Source of the DNA: Breznakia blatticola
GTDB lineage: Bacteria > Bacillota_I > Bacilli_A > Erysipelotrichales > Erysipelotrichaceae
Assembly (NCBI RefSeq): GCF_004365815.1
Contig: NZ_SODD01000039.1
Location: 1 to 23,916, forward strand
DNA: 23,916 bases
Reading direction: 5' to 3'
Made by a program: the position numbers and the translations under genes. Below the pieces are notes generated by a model that saw only the letters and a program-made list of their open reading frames with translations, made no database searches and was not told where the DNA came from. This document shows, one piece after another, positions 15,893 through 23,817 of this stretch. Positions within the stretch are counted from its first letter, which is position 1. Every line of letters starts with the position of its first letter.

Positions 15893-16816
15893 ATGGATTT
15901 TGGTGTTTTATTAAAAACAATGCTCCAATTATTTGTACTTATACTAATTGGAGTGTATATAAAAAGTAAAAATATATTAAATGAACAAAGTGCAAAACCT
16001 ATTTCATACATTGTTGCAAACATACTTACACCAGCAATGGTTCTTGCATCCTCGGTTAGTTCAAGCACACTTGATAATTCTGATATGATCATTTGTTTAG
16101 TACTTGGAGTTTTTCTGTATGCTGTTTTCATTGTCATTGTAAAAATAGTAATTCATTTATTTTTTAAAAAGGACAATCAAAGTTCTATATACCAGATTAT
16201 GTTGGTTTTCTCGAACATTGCGTTTATCGGTTATCCACTCTTAAGGGTTATGTATGGTGAATATGCAGTGTTTGTATTTACTGTGATGCATTTACCATTC
16301 AATCTTCTTATATACACGTATGGAGTATATTTGCTTAGCAAAGATTCAATAAAAAAAGATCTAAGAAGTTATATAAAACTATTTTTATCTCCTGGTGTAT
16401 TGGCATCATTTGTGGGTTTAATTTGCTTTTTTACAAGTATTCAACTTCCAACTGTTCTTACAGGAGTATTCGATTTGCTTGGAGATGCGACAGTGCCACT
16501 AAGTATGATTGTAGTAGGTGTGAATATTAATCTTAGTTCTTCAATTACAAGCAATGAGATGTTTTCGTTGTGTAAATTGCTTTTTCTAAAACTTTTACTT
16601 TTTCCAATACTTGGATACCTTATAGTTCAGTGTATAGATGTGAGTACGTTCATGAAAGAGTTGCTAATGTTTTCTTTCATGTTGCCGTCGGGTTCATTGG
16701 CGCTGATGTTAGGAATGGAATATAACATAGATGTGCGAATATCAACTATATGCATATCATTAACTACGCTTATTTCAGTGGTGACTATACCACTATACAT
16801 ATATTTATTATTTTAA
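15893..16816 (+). CDS. AEC-family (auxin efflux carrier / membrane transport protein) permease, 307 aa
   Basis: About 10 hydrophobic helices. The N-terminus (MDFGVLLKTMLQLFVLILIGVY) and two-repeat architecture are typical of PF03547 permeases. AAAGGAGA RBS lies 4 nt before the ATG at 15893. The ORF-track start at 15845 has no RBS. Confidence 0.75.
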   Translation: MDFGVLLKTMLQLFVLILIGVYIKSKNILNEQSAKPISYIVANILTPAMVLASSVSSSTLDNSDMIICLVLGVFLYAVFIVIVKIVIHLFFKKDNQSSIYQIMLVFSNIAFIGYPLLRVMYGEYAVFVFTVMHLPFNLLIYTYGVYLLSKDSIKKDLRSYIKLFLSPGVLASFVGLICFFTSIQLPTVLTGVFDLLGDATVPLSMIVVGVNINLSSSITSNEMFSLCKLLFLKLLLFPILGYLIVQCIDVSTFMKELLMFSFMLPSGSLALMLGMEYNIDVRISTICISLTTLISVVTIPLYIYLLF

Positions 16817-16831
16817 GAAAAGAGGAGATTT

Positions 16832-17311
16832 ATGTTTAAATTTTTAAAAAAAGAGAAGAGTCAAAATGTGTATTCACCAATGAATGGTAAATATGTAGCA
16901 TTAGAAAATGTAAAGGATGAAGTATTTGCATCGAAGATGATGGGTGATGGTTTCGCGATTGAACCTAATGAGCTGAAAATATCCGCTCCGTTAAATGGAA
17001 AAGTAACAATGGTTGCAAAGACAAAACATGCAATTGGAATTACGACGGGTGAAGGCCTAGAGTTATTAATTCACTTTGGTTTAGATACAGTTACTCTAGA
17101 TGGTGAGGGTATAGATGTTCATGTAAATGAAGGTGATGAGGTAGTACGTGGAATGCTTCTCATGGAAGGAGATGCGAATTTTTTGAAGCAAAAACAAATT
17201 GATTTGACAACTATGGTTATTTTAATAAGCGAAAATAAAATAACCAAGAGATTAGAAATTGAAAAAAACGTGACTATTGATGATGTGATAATGGTGTGTG
17301 ATAGGAAATGA
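16832..17311 (+). CDS. PTS EIIA component, glucose family, 159 aa
   Basis: VFASKMMGDGFAIEP, KTKHAIGI and LIHFGLDTV (the two conserved His residues of EIIA-Glc). RBS GAGGAG upstream. Confidence 0.9.
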   Translation: MFKFLKKEKSQNVYSPMNGKYVALENVKDEVFASKMMGDGFAIEPNELKISAPLNGKVTMVAKTKHAIGITTGEGLELLIHFGLDTVTLDGEGIDVHVNEGDEVVRGMLLMEGDANFLKQKQIDLTTMVILISENKITKRLEIEKNVTIDDVIMVCDRK

Positions 17312-18438
17312 TAAAGGTTGTATTTGCGTGTGATTCATTTAAAGAAAGCATGTCTGCACATCACGCATGTTTAGCAGCAAGACGGGGGTTTGATCGCGTG
17401 TTTGGGAATGATTATTTGCCGATACTTATTCCTATGTCCGATGGTGGAGAAGGGATTCTGGATTCTATTCTTCCTACTCTACAAGGAAACATAGAAAGTA
17501 TGTATACGTTTGAGTTAACTGGAAAACCGATCGAAGCTAGATATGGATGGGTAGAAAAATCAAAAACAGCAATCATTGAATCCGCAGACACTTGTGGATT
17601 AACTCTTATAAAAAAAGAAGATAGAAATCCATTACTGCAAACAACATACGGATTAGGGTTAATGATTTCGAAGTTAGTTGATAAAGGAGCAAAGCACATA
17701 GTTATTGGACTTGGTGGTACGGGAACGAATGATGGTGGCCTTGGTTGCATTTGTGCACTAGGCGATGTCCCTATTTGTGATGTTAAGAATGTGTCTTCAG
17801 CATTATCATTAGCAAAAAAATCATTTAAAAAAGCAAAGGAAAAATTAAAAGGAATTCAAATAAGTGCGCTTTGTGATGTGGATGCAAAGTATATTGGACC
17901 AACTGGAGCAACCTATATGTTCGGAAAACAAAAAGGTGCAACAAATCAAATGGAAAAAGATTTAGAAGCGTATTTGTCAGAATTTAGCCTATTTATTCAA
18001 CAATCAACTGGGGAGGATATCGCATTGGTTGAAAAAACCGGTGCAGCAGGAGGATTATCTGGTGCATTATATGCGTTAGGAGCAAAAAATATCGCTGGGA
18101 TAGATTATGTGAAGGATGTATTAAATTTTTCTAGTTTAATCGATGATGCTGATTTAATTATTACTGGTGAAGGTAAAATAGACAAACAAACAATTCATGG
18201 AAAAGTCATTGCTGGAATTTGTAATGAAGCAAAACAAAAGGATATACCAGTTATTGCCTTAGCAGGCAGTGTCGATTTGAATATAGATGAAATGTACGGA
18301 GTCGGAATGACAGCTGCAGTTTCTATATTAAATCAAATTAGTAGCTTAGATGAAGCACTTATTACAGGTGAACAGTGCATGGAATTCACTGGATACAATA
18401 TAGCAAAACTATATTTAGCAATAAGTAAAAAATGTTAA
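17308..18438 (+). CDS. Glycerate kinase (GlxK/GarK family), 376 aa
   Basis: CDSFKESMSA N-terminus, PMSDGGEG, GLGGTGTNDGG, GAAGGL and ITGEGKIDKQTIHGKV run parallel to E. coli GlxK/GarK. ATGA overlap with the EIIA stop. Confidence 0.85.
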   Translation: MIKVVFACDSFKESMSAHHACLAARRGFDRVFGNDYLPILIPMSDGGEGILDSILPTLQGNIESMYTFELTGKPIEARYGWVEKSKTAIIESADTCGLTLIKKEDRNPLLQTTYGLGLMISKLVDKGAKHIVIGLGGTGTNDGGLGCICALGDVPICDVKNVSSALSLAKKSFKKAKEKLKGIQISALCDVDAKYIGPTGATYMFGKQKGATNQMEKDLEAYLSEFSLFIQQSTGEDIALVEKTGAAGGLSGALYALGAKNIAGIDYVKDVLNFSSLIDDADLIITGEGKIDKQTIHGKVIAGICNEAKQKDIPVIALAGSVDLNIDEMYGVGMTAAVSILNQISSLDEALITGEQCMEFTGYNIAKLYLAISKKC

Positions 18439-18448
18439 AAAGGAAAAT

Positions 18449-19105
18449 ATGATGAATATAAATAAAATAAAAGAAACAACTCTAAAATGTGGCATATTGC
18501 CAGTAATTAAAATAAATCAAAGTAAGGATGCAATTCCATTAGCAAAAGCACTAATTGCTGGTGGTTTACCTGCTGCTGAAATTACATTTCGAACAACTTG
18601 TGCAAGCGAAGCAATTGCAAATATTAAAAAAGCATATCCAGATATGTTGGTTGCAGCTGGAACTGTAATAACAAATGAACAAGCAGATCAAGCAATACAA
18701 GCAGGTGCAGATTTTTTAATCTCTCCAGGTATTAATGAGAGTTTAATCAAATATTGCCAAGCAAAAGACTATGTAATTATTCCAGGTGTAACTTCTGCAT
18801 CGGAAGCACAATTAGCATGTACGCTTGGACTTGAAGTTGTTAAGTTTTTCCCTGCTGCAACGAGTGGTGGAGTAAAAGCAATTCAAGCATTAAGTGCTCC
18901 ATTCTCTCAGTTGGAATTCATGCCGACAGGTGGAATTAACGAAAAAAACTTAGAAGAGTATTTATCATGTTCGAATATTATTTGTTGCGGTGGAAGTTGG
19001 ATGGTAAAAGAAAACTTAATTAATGAAAAGAACTTTTCACAAATTACTGCTCTTGTTAAAGAAGCAACAAATTTAGTGAAAAAAATTAAAGGTGTAAAAT
19101 TATGA
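18449..19105 (+). CDS. eda: 2-dehydro-3-deoxy-phosphogluconate (KDPG/KHG) aldolase, 218 aa
   Basis: ILPVIKI...AIPLAKALIAGGLPAAEITFRT, GAGTVI, VKFFPA (Schiff-base Lys region) and PTGGI are Eda hallmarks. The second ATG at 18452 has better RBS spacing and may be the true start. Confidence 0.85.
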   Translation: MMNINKIKETTLKCGILPVIKINQSKDAIPLAKALIAGGLPAAEITFRTTCASEAIANIKKAYPDMLVAAGTVITNEQADQAIQAGADFLISPGINESLIKYCQAKDYVIIPGVTSASEAQLACTLGLEVVKFFPAATSGGVKAIQALSAPFSQLEFMPTGGINEKNLEEYLSCSNIICCGGSWMVKENLINEKNFSQITALVKEATNLVKKIKGVKL

Positions 19106-20121
19106 AAGTTATTACATTTGGTGAGATTATGTTACGTCTTGCCCCATACGGATATTTAAAGTTCCTTCAAACGGATAGTTACGAAGCTACGTTTGGTGGT
19201 GGAGAAGCAAATGTTGCGGTGTCTCTAGCAAATTATGGAGTGGATGCGGCTTTTGTATCAAAGTTACCAAAACATGAAATTGGCCAATGTGCTGTTAATA
19301 CATTAAGAAAATATGGTGTGGATACTTCTATGATTACACGCGGTGGGGATCGCGTTGGAATCTATTACCTAGAAAAAGGGGCATCACAAAGAGCAAGCAA
19401 GGTGATTTATGACCGTGCTGGATCTGCTATGCAGAAAGCTACAGAAGATGATTTTGATTGGGATACAATTTTTACAGGAGTAGATATATTTCATTTTACT
19501 GGAATTACGCCTGCACTTGGAAAAGAACTTGCAGATATTACATTAACTGCTTGTGAAAAAGCAAGAGAAAAAGGAATTATGATTACTTGTGATTTAAACT
19601 TTCGTAAAAAACTTTGGTCAAAAGAAGAAGCAAATGCAGTAATGAGCAAATTATGCGATTATGTGGATGTTTGCATTGCTAATGAAGAAGATGCAGCAGA
19701 TGTATTTGATATTTATGCATCAAACACAAATATTACAAGTGGAGAAATTAACCATGAAGGTTACATCGATGTGGCTAAGCAACTGCAAGCACGTTTCAAT
19801 TTCAGTCACGTTGCAATTACGTTAAGAGAGTCTATTAGCGCATCCGATAACCGTTGGTCAGCTATGTTATATACAAAAGGTAAAGCATATTTTTCTAAAA
19901 AGTATGACTTACGCATTACTGACCGTGTCGGTGGTGGTGATAGCTTTGGTGGTGGTTTAATCTATGCACTACTTCATAAGTATAATGCACAAGATTCCAT
20001 TGAATTTGCAGTAGCAGCAAGTGCTTTAAAACACTCGATTCAAGGTGATTTTAATTTGGTGAGTGTTGAAGATGTAAATACATTGGCGTTGGGCGATGGA
20101 TCTGGACGTGTGCAAAGATAA
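19102..20121 (+). CDS. kdgK: 2-dehydro-3-deoxygluconokinase (PfkB family), 339 aa
   Basis: MKVITFGEIMLRL, GGGEANVAVSLA, DRVGGGDSFGGGLIY (PfkB anion hole/catalytic Asp). Close overall resemblance to Thermotoga/Firmicute-type KDG kinases. ATGA overlap with eda. Confidence 0.85.
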   Translation: MKVITFGEIMLRLAPYGYLKFLQTDSYEATFGGGEANVAVSLANYGVDAAFVSKLPKHEIGQCAVNTLRKYGVDTSMITRGGDRVGIYYLEKGASQRASKVIYDRAGSAMQKATEDDFDWDTIFTGVDIFHFTGITPALGKELADITLTACEKAREKGIMITCDLNFRKKLWSKEEANAVMSKLCDYVDVCIANEEDAADVFDIYASNTNITSGEINHEGYIDVAKQLQARFNFSHVAITLRESISASDNRWSAMLYTKGKAYFSKKYDLRITDRVGGGDSFGGGLIYALLHKYNAQDSIEFAVAASALKHSIQGDFNLVSVEDVNTLALGDGSGRVQR

Positions 20122-20167
20122 AAAAAAGATTTATTTATTGAGAAATAGAAATTGTATTGAAAAAAAC

Positions 20168-20203
20168 AAGGTGTTTACAAGTATGTAGACACCTTTTAAT
20201 ATT
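20168..20203 (+). terminator. Terminator of the AEC-EIIA-glycerate kinase-eda-kdgK operon
   Basis: AAGGTGTTTACA (20168-20179) pairs with TGTAGACACCTT (20184-20195) with one mismatch and loop AGTA. The tail TTTAATATT is only moderately T-rich. Confidence 0.6.
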
Positions 20204-20209
20204 GAGCAT

Positions 20210-20238
20210 TTGACAAGTAAAATAGTTTCAAATCATAT
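20210..20238 (+). promoter_or_regulatory. Candidate promoter of the ABC transporter operon
   Basis: Consensus TTGACA (20210-20215), but the best -10 at 17 nt is a poor TCATAT. TATATG/TATGAT lie at longer spacings. Confidence 0.3.
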
Positions 20239-20271
20239 ATGATTAAATAAACAAAAAGGAGGAAAGGGTAC

Positions 20272-21825
20272 ATGGATTTTATAATGGATGTGTTGACGCT
20301 ATTTCATGATCGCGCAGATTTTTTCTTGAATTTAGTGTTTCAACATTTGCAAATATCACTAATTGCCATATTGATTGCAACCATTCTTGGATTGCTGCTA
20401 GGGATATGGATTAGTGAACACCAAAAAAGTAGTAATATAGTGATTGGGATTGTCAATTTTATATATACAATACCGTCAATTTCACTATTAGGATTTTTAA
20501 TTCCATTTTCGGGTATTGGAAATACAACAGTTATTATTGCCCTTGTTGTATATGCACTATTACCAATGGTTCGAAACACCCATACAGGAATTACCAATAT
20601 TAATCCTGCAATCATTGAAGCTGCCAAAGGGATGGGTAGTACAAAGATGCAAATATTATGGAAAATTAAACTACCATTAGCATTACCAACCATCATGTCA
20701 GGATTCCGTAATATGGTTGTCATGACGATTGCCTTAACGGGTATTGCTTCATTTATTGGAGCTGGAGGATTAGGGGTTGCTATTTATCGAGGAATTACAA
20801 CTAATAATGCAGTTATGACTTTTGCAGGAAGTTTACTGATTGCCTTATTAGCATTCTTTATGGACTTTATCTTTGGTCGTTTAGAAAAAGCACTAACTGC
20901 ACGTCGTCCAAATGCAAAACGAAAGATGTTCGTAGAAATTGCAAGTGCGGCGGTTGTTATTTTATTAGTGTTTGCAATGTTGTTTAGTAACATATTTGGG
21001 AAAACGGATAAAGTGATTCACTTAGCCACAAAACCAATGACGGAACAGATGATCATTGGTGAAGCACTAAAAATATTAATCGAACAAGAAAGTGATCTTA
21101 CTGTAGAAATCACTGAAGGTGTTGGTGGAGGAACAAGCAATATTCAACCGGCAATGGAAAAAGGTGAATTTGATATATATCCAGAATATACAGGGACAGG
21201 ATGGAATGCGGTTTTAAAAGAAAAAAGTATATATCATGAGTCCATGTTTAAAGAACTACAAGATAAATACAAAGAAGCATATGATTTCTCTTGGGTTTCT
21301 GGTTATGGATTCAACAACACCTATGGTATTGCTGTTGCTAAAGAAATTGCCCAAGCATACAACATCAAAACATATAGTGATCTTGCCAAATACACACCAC
21401 AATTAACATTTGGTGCAGAGTATGATTTCTATGAACGTGAAGATGGATATGAAGCACTACAAAGTGCATATGATTTCAATTTTAAAGAAACGGTGGATTT
21501 GGATATTGGCTTAAAATACCAAAGTATCCAACAAGGAGATGTGGATGTCATCGTCGTATTTACAACAGATGGTCAATTAAATGATGATCGAATTGTTGTA
21601 CTAGAAGATGATAAAAACTTCTTCCCTTCATATATGGCATACAATGTGGTACGTAATGAAACATTAACGAAATATCCAGAACTTAAAGAAATCTTGGATA
21701 AATTAGAAAATAAAATAAGTGATTCAACAATGGCACGTTTGAATTATGAAGTTGAGGTTAATAAAAAAGAACCAAAACAAGTAGCTAAAGAGTTCTTAGA
21801 TGAACTTGGGCTACTAAAGGAATAG
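20272..21825 (+). CDS. Quaternary-amine (OpuC/OpuB-like) ABC transporter, fused permease + substrate-binding domain, 517 aa
   Basis: N-terminal BPD-type permease with the EAA loop (IEAAKGMGSTKMQILWKIKLPLALP). C-terminal OpuAC-type binding domain with YPEYTGTGW and FFPSY aromatic motifs. Strong AAGGAGG RBS. Confidence 0.85.
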   Translation: MDFIMDVLTLFHDRADFFLNLVFQHLQISLIAILIATILGLLLGIWISEHQKSSNIVIGIVNFIYTIPSISLLGFLIPFSGIGNTTVIIALVVYALLPMVRNTHTGITNINPAIIEAAKGMGSTKMQILWKIKLPLALPTIMSGFRNMVVMTIALTGIASFIGAGGLGVAIYRGITTNNAVMTFAGSLLIALLAFFMDFIFGRLEKALTARRPNAKRKMFVEIASAAVVILLVFAMLFSNIFGKTDKVIHLATKPMTEQMIIGEALKILIEQESDLTVEITEGVGGGTSNIQPAMEKGEFDIYPEYTGTGWNAVLKEKSIYHESMFKELQDKYKEAYDFSWVSGYGFNNTYGIAVAKEIAQAYNIKTYSDLAKYTPQLTFGAEYDFYEREDGYEALQSAYDFNFKETVDLDIGLKYQSIQQGDVDVIVVFTTDGQLNDDRIVVLEDDKNFFPSYMAYNVVRNETLTKYPELKEILDKLENKISDSTMARLNYEVEVNKKEPKQVAKEFLDELGLLKE

Positions 21826-21837
21826 GAGGTGGTTTTC

Positions 21838-22566
21838 TTGAATACGATTATTGAATTTAAACATGCAAGAAAATCCTATGGAGACCATGTAGTCATTCCT
21901 GATTTGAATTTAAAAATTGAAAAGGGAGAATTTGTGACACTTATTGGTTCTAGTGGGAGTGGAAAAACCACCATCTTAAAAATGATCAATGGATTGATTC
22001 CATTAGATGCAGGAAGTGTATATGTGGAAGGAAAAGATATCGCGACAGAAGATTTAATAAGTTTACGTCGTAACATTGGATATGCGATTCAAGGAAGTGG
22101 ATTATTTCCACATATGGATGTTGAAGATAACATTGCGTATGTACCAAACTTATTAAATAAGAAAGATAAGCAACGTACAAGAAAGGCTGTTGAAAAATGG
22201 ATTCAAGTAGTTGGCTTAGAAAGAGATTTACTCGATCGTTATCCTGATGAATTATCAGGAGGGCAACAACAACGTGTTGGAATTGCTCGTGCACTAGCTG
22301 CAAGTCCAGAAATATTACTTATGGATGAACCCTTTGGCGCAGTAGATGATATTACCCGTCATATGTTGCAAGATGAAATCAAAAGAATTCATGAGCAAAC
22401 AGGTGTGACGATTGTCTTTGTTACGCATGATATTCGTGAAGCATTGAAACTTGGAACTAAAGTGATTGTTTTGGAACATGGAGAAATCGCGCAATACGAT
22501 ACACCTGAAGCCATTCAACAAGCACCAGCAAATGATTATGTAAAACAACTCATATCAGACAAATAA
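21838..22566 (+). CDS. ABC transporter ATP-binding protein lacking a CBS tandem, 242 aa
   Basis: Walker A GSSGSGKTT, Q-loop, signature LSGGQQQRV, Walker B ILLMDEP, H-loop VTHD. The protein ends shortly after the NBD. Start set to TTG at 21838, 8 nt after GGAGG. The ORF-track GTG at 21829 overlaps the RBS. Confidence 0.85.
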   Translation: MNTIIEFKHARKSYGDHVVIPDLNLKIEKGEFVTLIGSSGSGKTTILKMINGLIPLDAGSVYVEGKDIATEDLISLRRNIGYAIQGSGLFPHMDVEDNIAYVPNLLNKKDKQRTRKAVEKWIQVVGLERDLLDRYPDELSGGQQQRVGIARALAASPEILLMDEPFGAVDDITRHMLQDEIKRIHEQTGVTIVFVTHDIREALKLGTKVIVLEHGEIAQYDTPEAIQQAPANDYVKQLISDK

Positions 22567-22602
22567 AAAACATGCATGTCCAAAATTGGATGTGCATGTT
22601 TT
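22567..22602. terminator. Bidirectional terminator between the ABC ATPase and the convergent CLC gene
   Basis: AAAACATGCATGTCCA-AAAT-TGGATGTGCATGTTTT forms a 16 bp stem with two G-U pairs and A/T-run flanks on both sides. Confidence 0.8.
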
Positions 22603-22605
22603 GCG

Positions 22606-23817
22606 TTATGAAGCATGATACTTTTGTGCGCTATAGATCGTATACTTTTGATTGACTAAATAGGCAACAGTACATACAAGTAAGAAATAGGGTAGATAAC
22701 TAAATCCAAAGACTTCTGTACCAATAAAGGATGGAGCAAGAAATGTACGTGTTGCACTCCCAAAGACACTTGCATAACCTAAAGCTGCCACAAACGTAAA
22801 TGGCAATTGGAAAATAGAAGATAGAACAACACCAAAACTTGCACCAATAGCAAATAAAGGAGTCACTTCACCACCAAGAAAACCAACCCCTATGGTAATA
22901 ACGGTTAGTCCGATTTTGATGATCCAATCATAATCATAAATCGTATGTCCTAGAAAACTATCGTTAATTAGGTTTGTCCCTAAACCAGAATAACGTCCAC
23001 TATATAAAAGTATAGAAGCAATAGAAATACATATTCCGCCAATGATGATACGGATGATTGGGTTAGGAAAATGTTTGGCAAAAAAGGTTTTTGATAGTTG
23101 TAATAGTTTTGCGAAGACTGCTCCAACTAGACCAAATAAGATACCAATGGCAATGAGTTTCACAATAAGCATAAGTGAGAATGGAACTTGATCTTGAAGT
23201 ACAAAACTAAACTTCTCTAAACCAAGATATGATGACATTGTGCTTGCACTAAAAGCTGCAACTAAGGCAAAGGGAATTGCTTTGTAGTATAACTTACCGA
23301 CAATAAGAACTTCTGTGGCAAAGAAGGTAGCTGCAATTGGGGTTTCAAATAATCCAGCAAACCCAGCGGCAATCCCAATAACGATAAATGTTTTACGATC
23401 ATTATCTAAGTGGAAAATGTTTCCTAGATGATTGGATATGGTTGCACCAAGTTGAACGGCAACACCTTCACGTCCAGCACTTCCACCAAATAAGTGAGTA
23501 AGCCAAGTACCCACAATTGAAAAGGGAATCATGCGTAAAGGAATGGATGTTTCATTTGTTTTTTTATCAGTGGTTTCAAAAACAAGTGTCATTCCCTTTG
23601 TCGCAGAGGAACCATATCGTTGATAGATGTAAGTAAATATCGCCCCAACAAATGCAAGAAAGGGTATTAAATAGATAAAGTGTTCCACTCGAAAGTCACT
23701 AATAAGTAATAATATCTTACCAAAAATGGTATCGATTATGCTGACACTAATACCAATGAGTATGCTAAGTAGAAGTAACAGTAAAGTGTGTGTTATATGG
23801 GTGTGTGATGCATTCAT
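22606..23817 (-). CDS. CLC-family anion channel/antiporter with fluoride-clade (CLC-F) signatures, 403 aa
   Basis: CLC fold motifs GGSAGREGVAVQLG (gating Glu, nt 23461-23475) and GFLGGEVTPLF (nt 22858-22872). It carries GREGV and GEVTP instead of the canonical GKEGP and GxFxP, and KGMT in place of GSGIP. No cytoplasmic CBS domains. RBS AGGAG lies 7 nt upstream. Confidence 0.8.
   Translation of the reverse strand: MNASHTHITHTLLLLLLSILIGISVSIIDTIFGKILLLISDFRVEHFIYLIPFLAFVGAIFTYIYQRYGSSATKGMTLVFETTDKKTNETSIPLRMIPFSIVGTWLTHLFGGSAGREGVAVQLGATISNHLGNIFHLDNDRKTFIVIGIAAGFAGLFETPIAATFFATEVLIVGKLYYKAIPFALVAAFSASTMSSYLGLEKFSFVLQDQVPFSLMLIVKLIAIGILFGLVGAVFAKLLQLSKTFFAKHFPNPIIRIIIGGICISIASILLYSGRYSGLGTNLINDSFLGHTIYDYDWIIKIGLTVITIGVGFLGGEVTPLFAIGASFGVVLSSIFQLPFTFVAALGYASVFGSATRTFLAPSFIGTEVFGFSYLPYFLLVCTVAYLVNQKYTIYSAQKYHAS

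Noticed and set aside
9378-20271. Apparent codon-usage shift in the carbohydrate locus as evidence for horizontal transfer (more CGA/AGG/AGA Arg codons in the dehydratase than in the CGT-dominated purB)
   Set aside because: My by-eye tally is not robust. nrdD and the GH4 gene also mix CGT and AGA, and lower expression level can explain the difference. There are no mobility genes, tRNA anchor or flanking direct repeats. A codon adaptation or k-mer analysis against the whole genome is needed.
718-21829. The longer N-terminal extensions given by the ORF track (starts at 718, 1700, 4005, 6801, 11394, 15105, 15845 and 21829)
   Set aside because: In each case a downstream start has a properly spaced GGAGG-like RBS and matches the usual N-terminus of the family. 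The upstream start either overlaps the RBS, lacks one, or lies inside the preceding gene.
11366-22548. Other short track ORFs: 11366-11548, 11617-11802, 12852-13040, 13953-14216, 15862-16137, 17412-17750, 20340-20723, 20784-20993, 21876-22076, 21986-22303, 22315-22548; also 4405-4602 and 4847-5035
   Set aside because: All are nested in, or antisense to, well-supported genes, and none has an RBS or a family signature.
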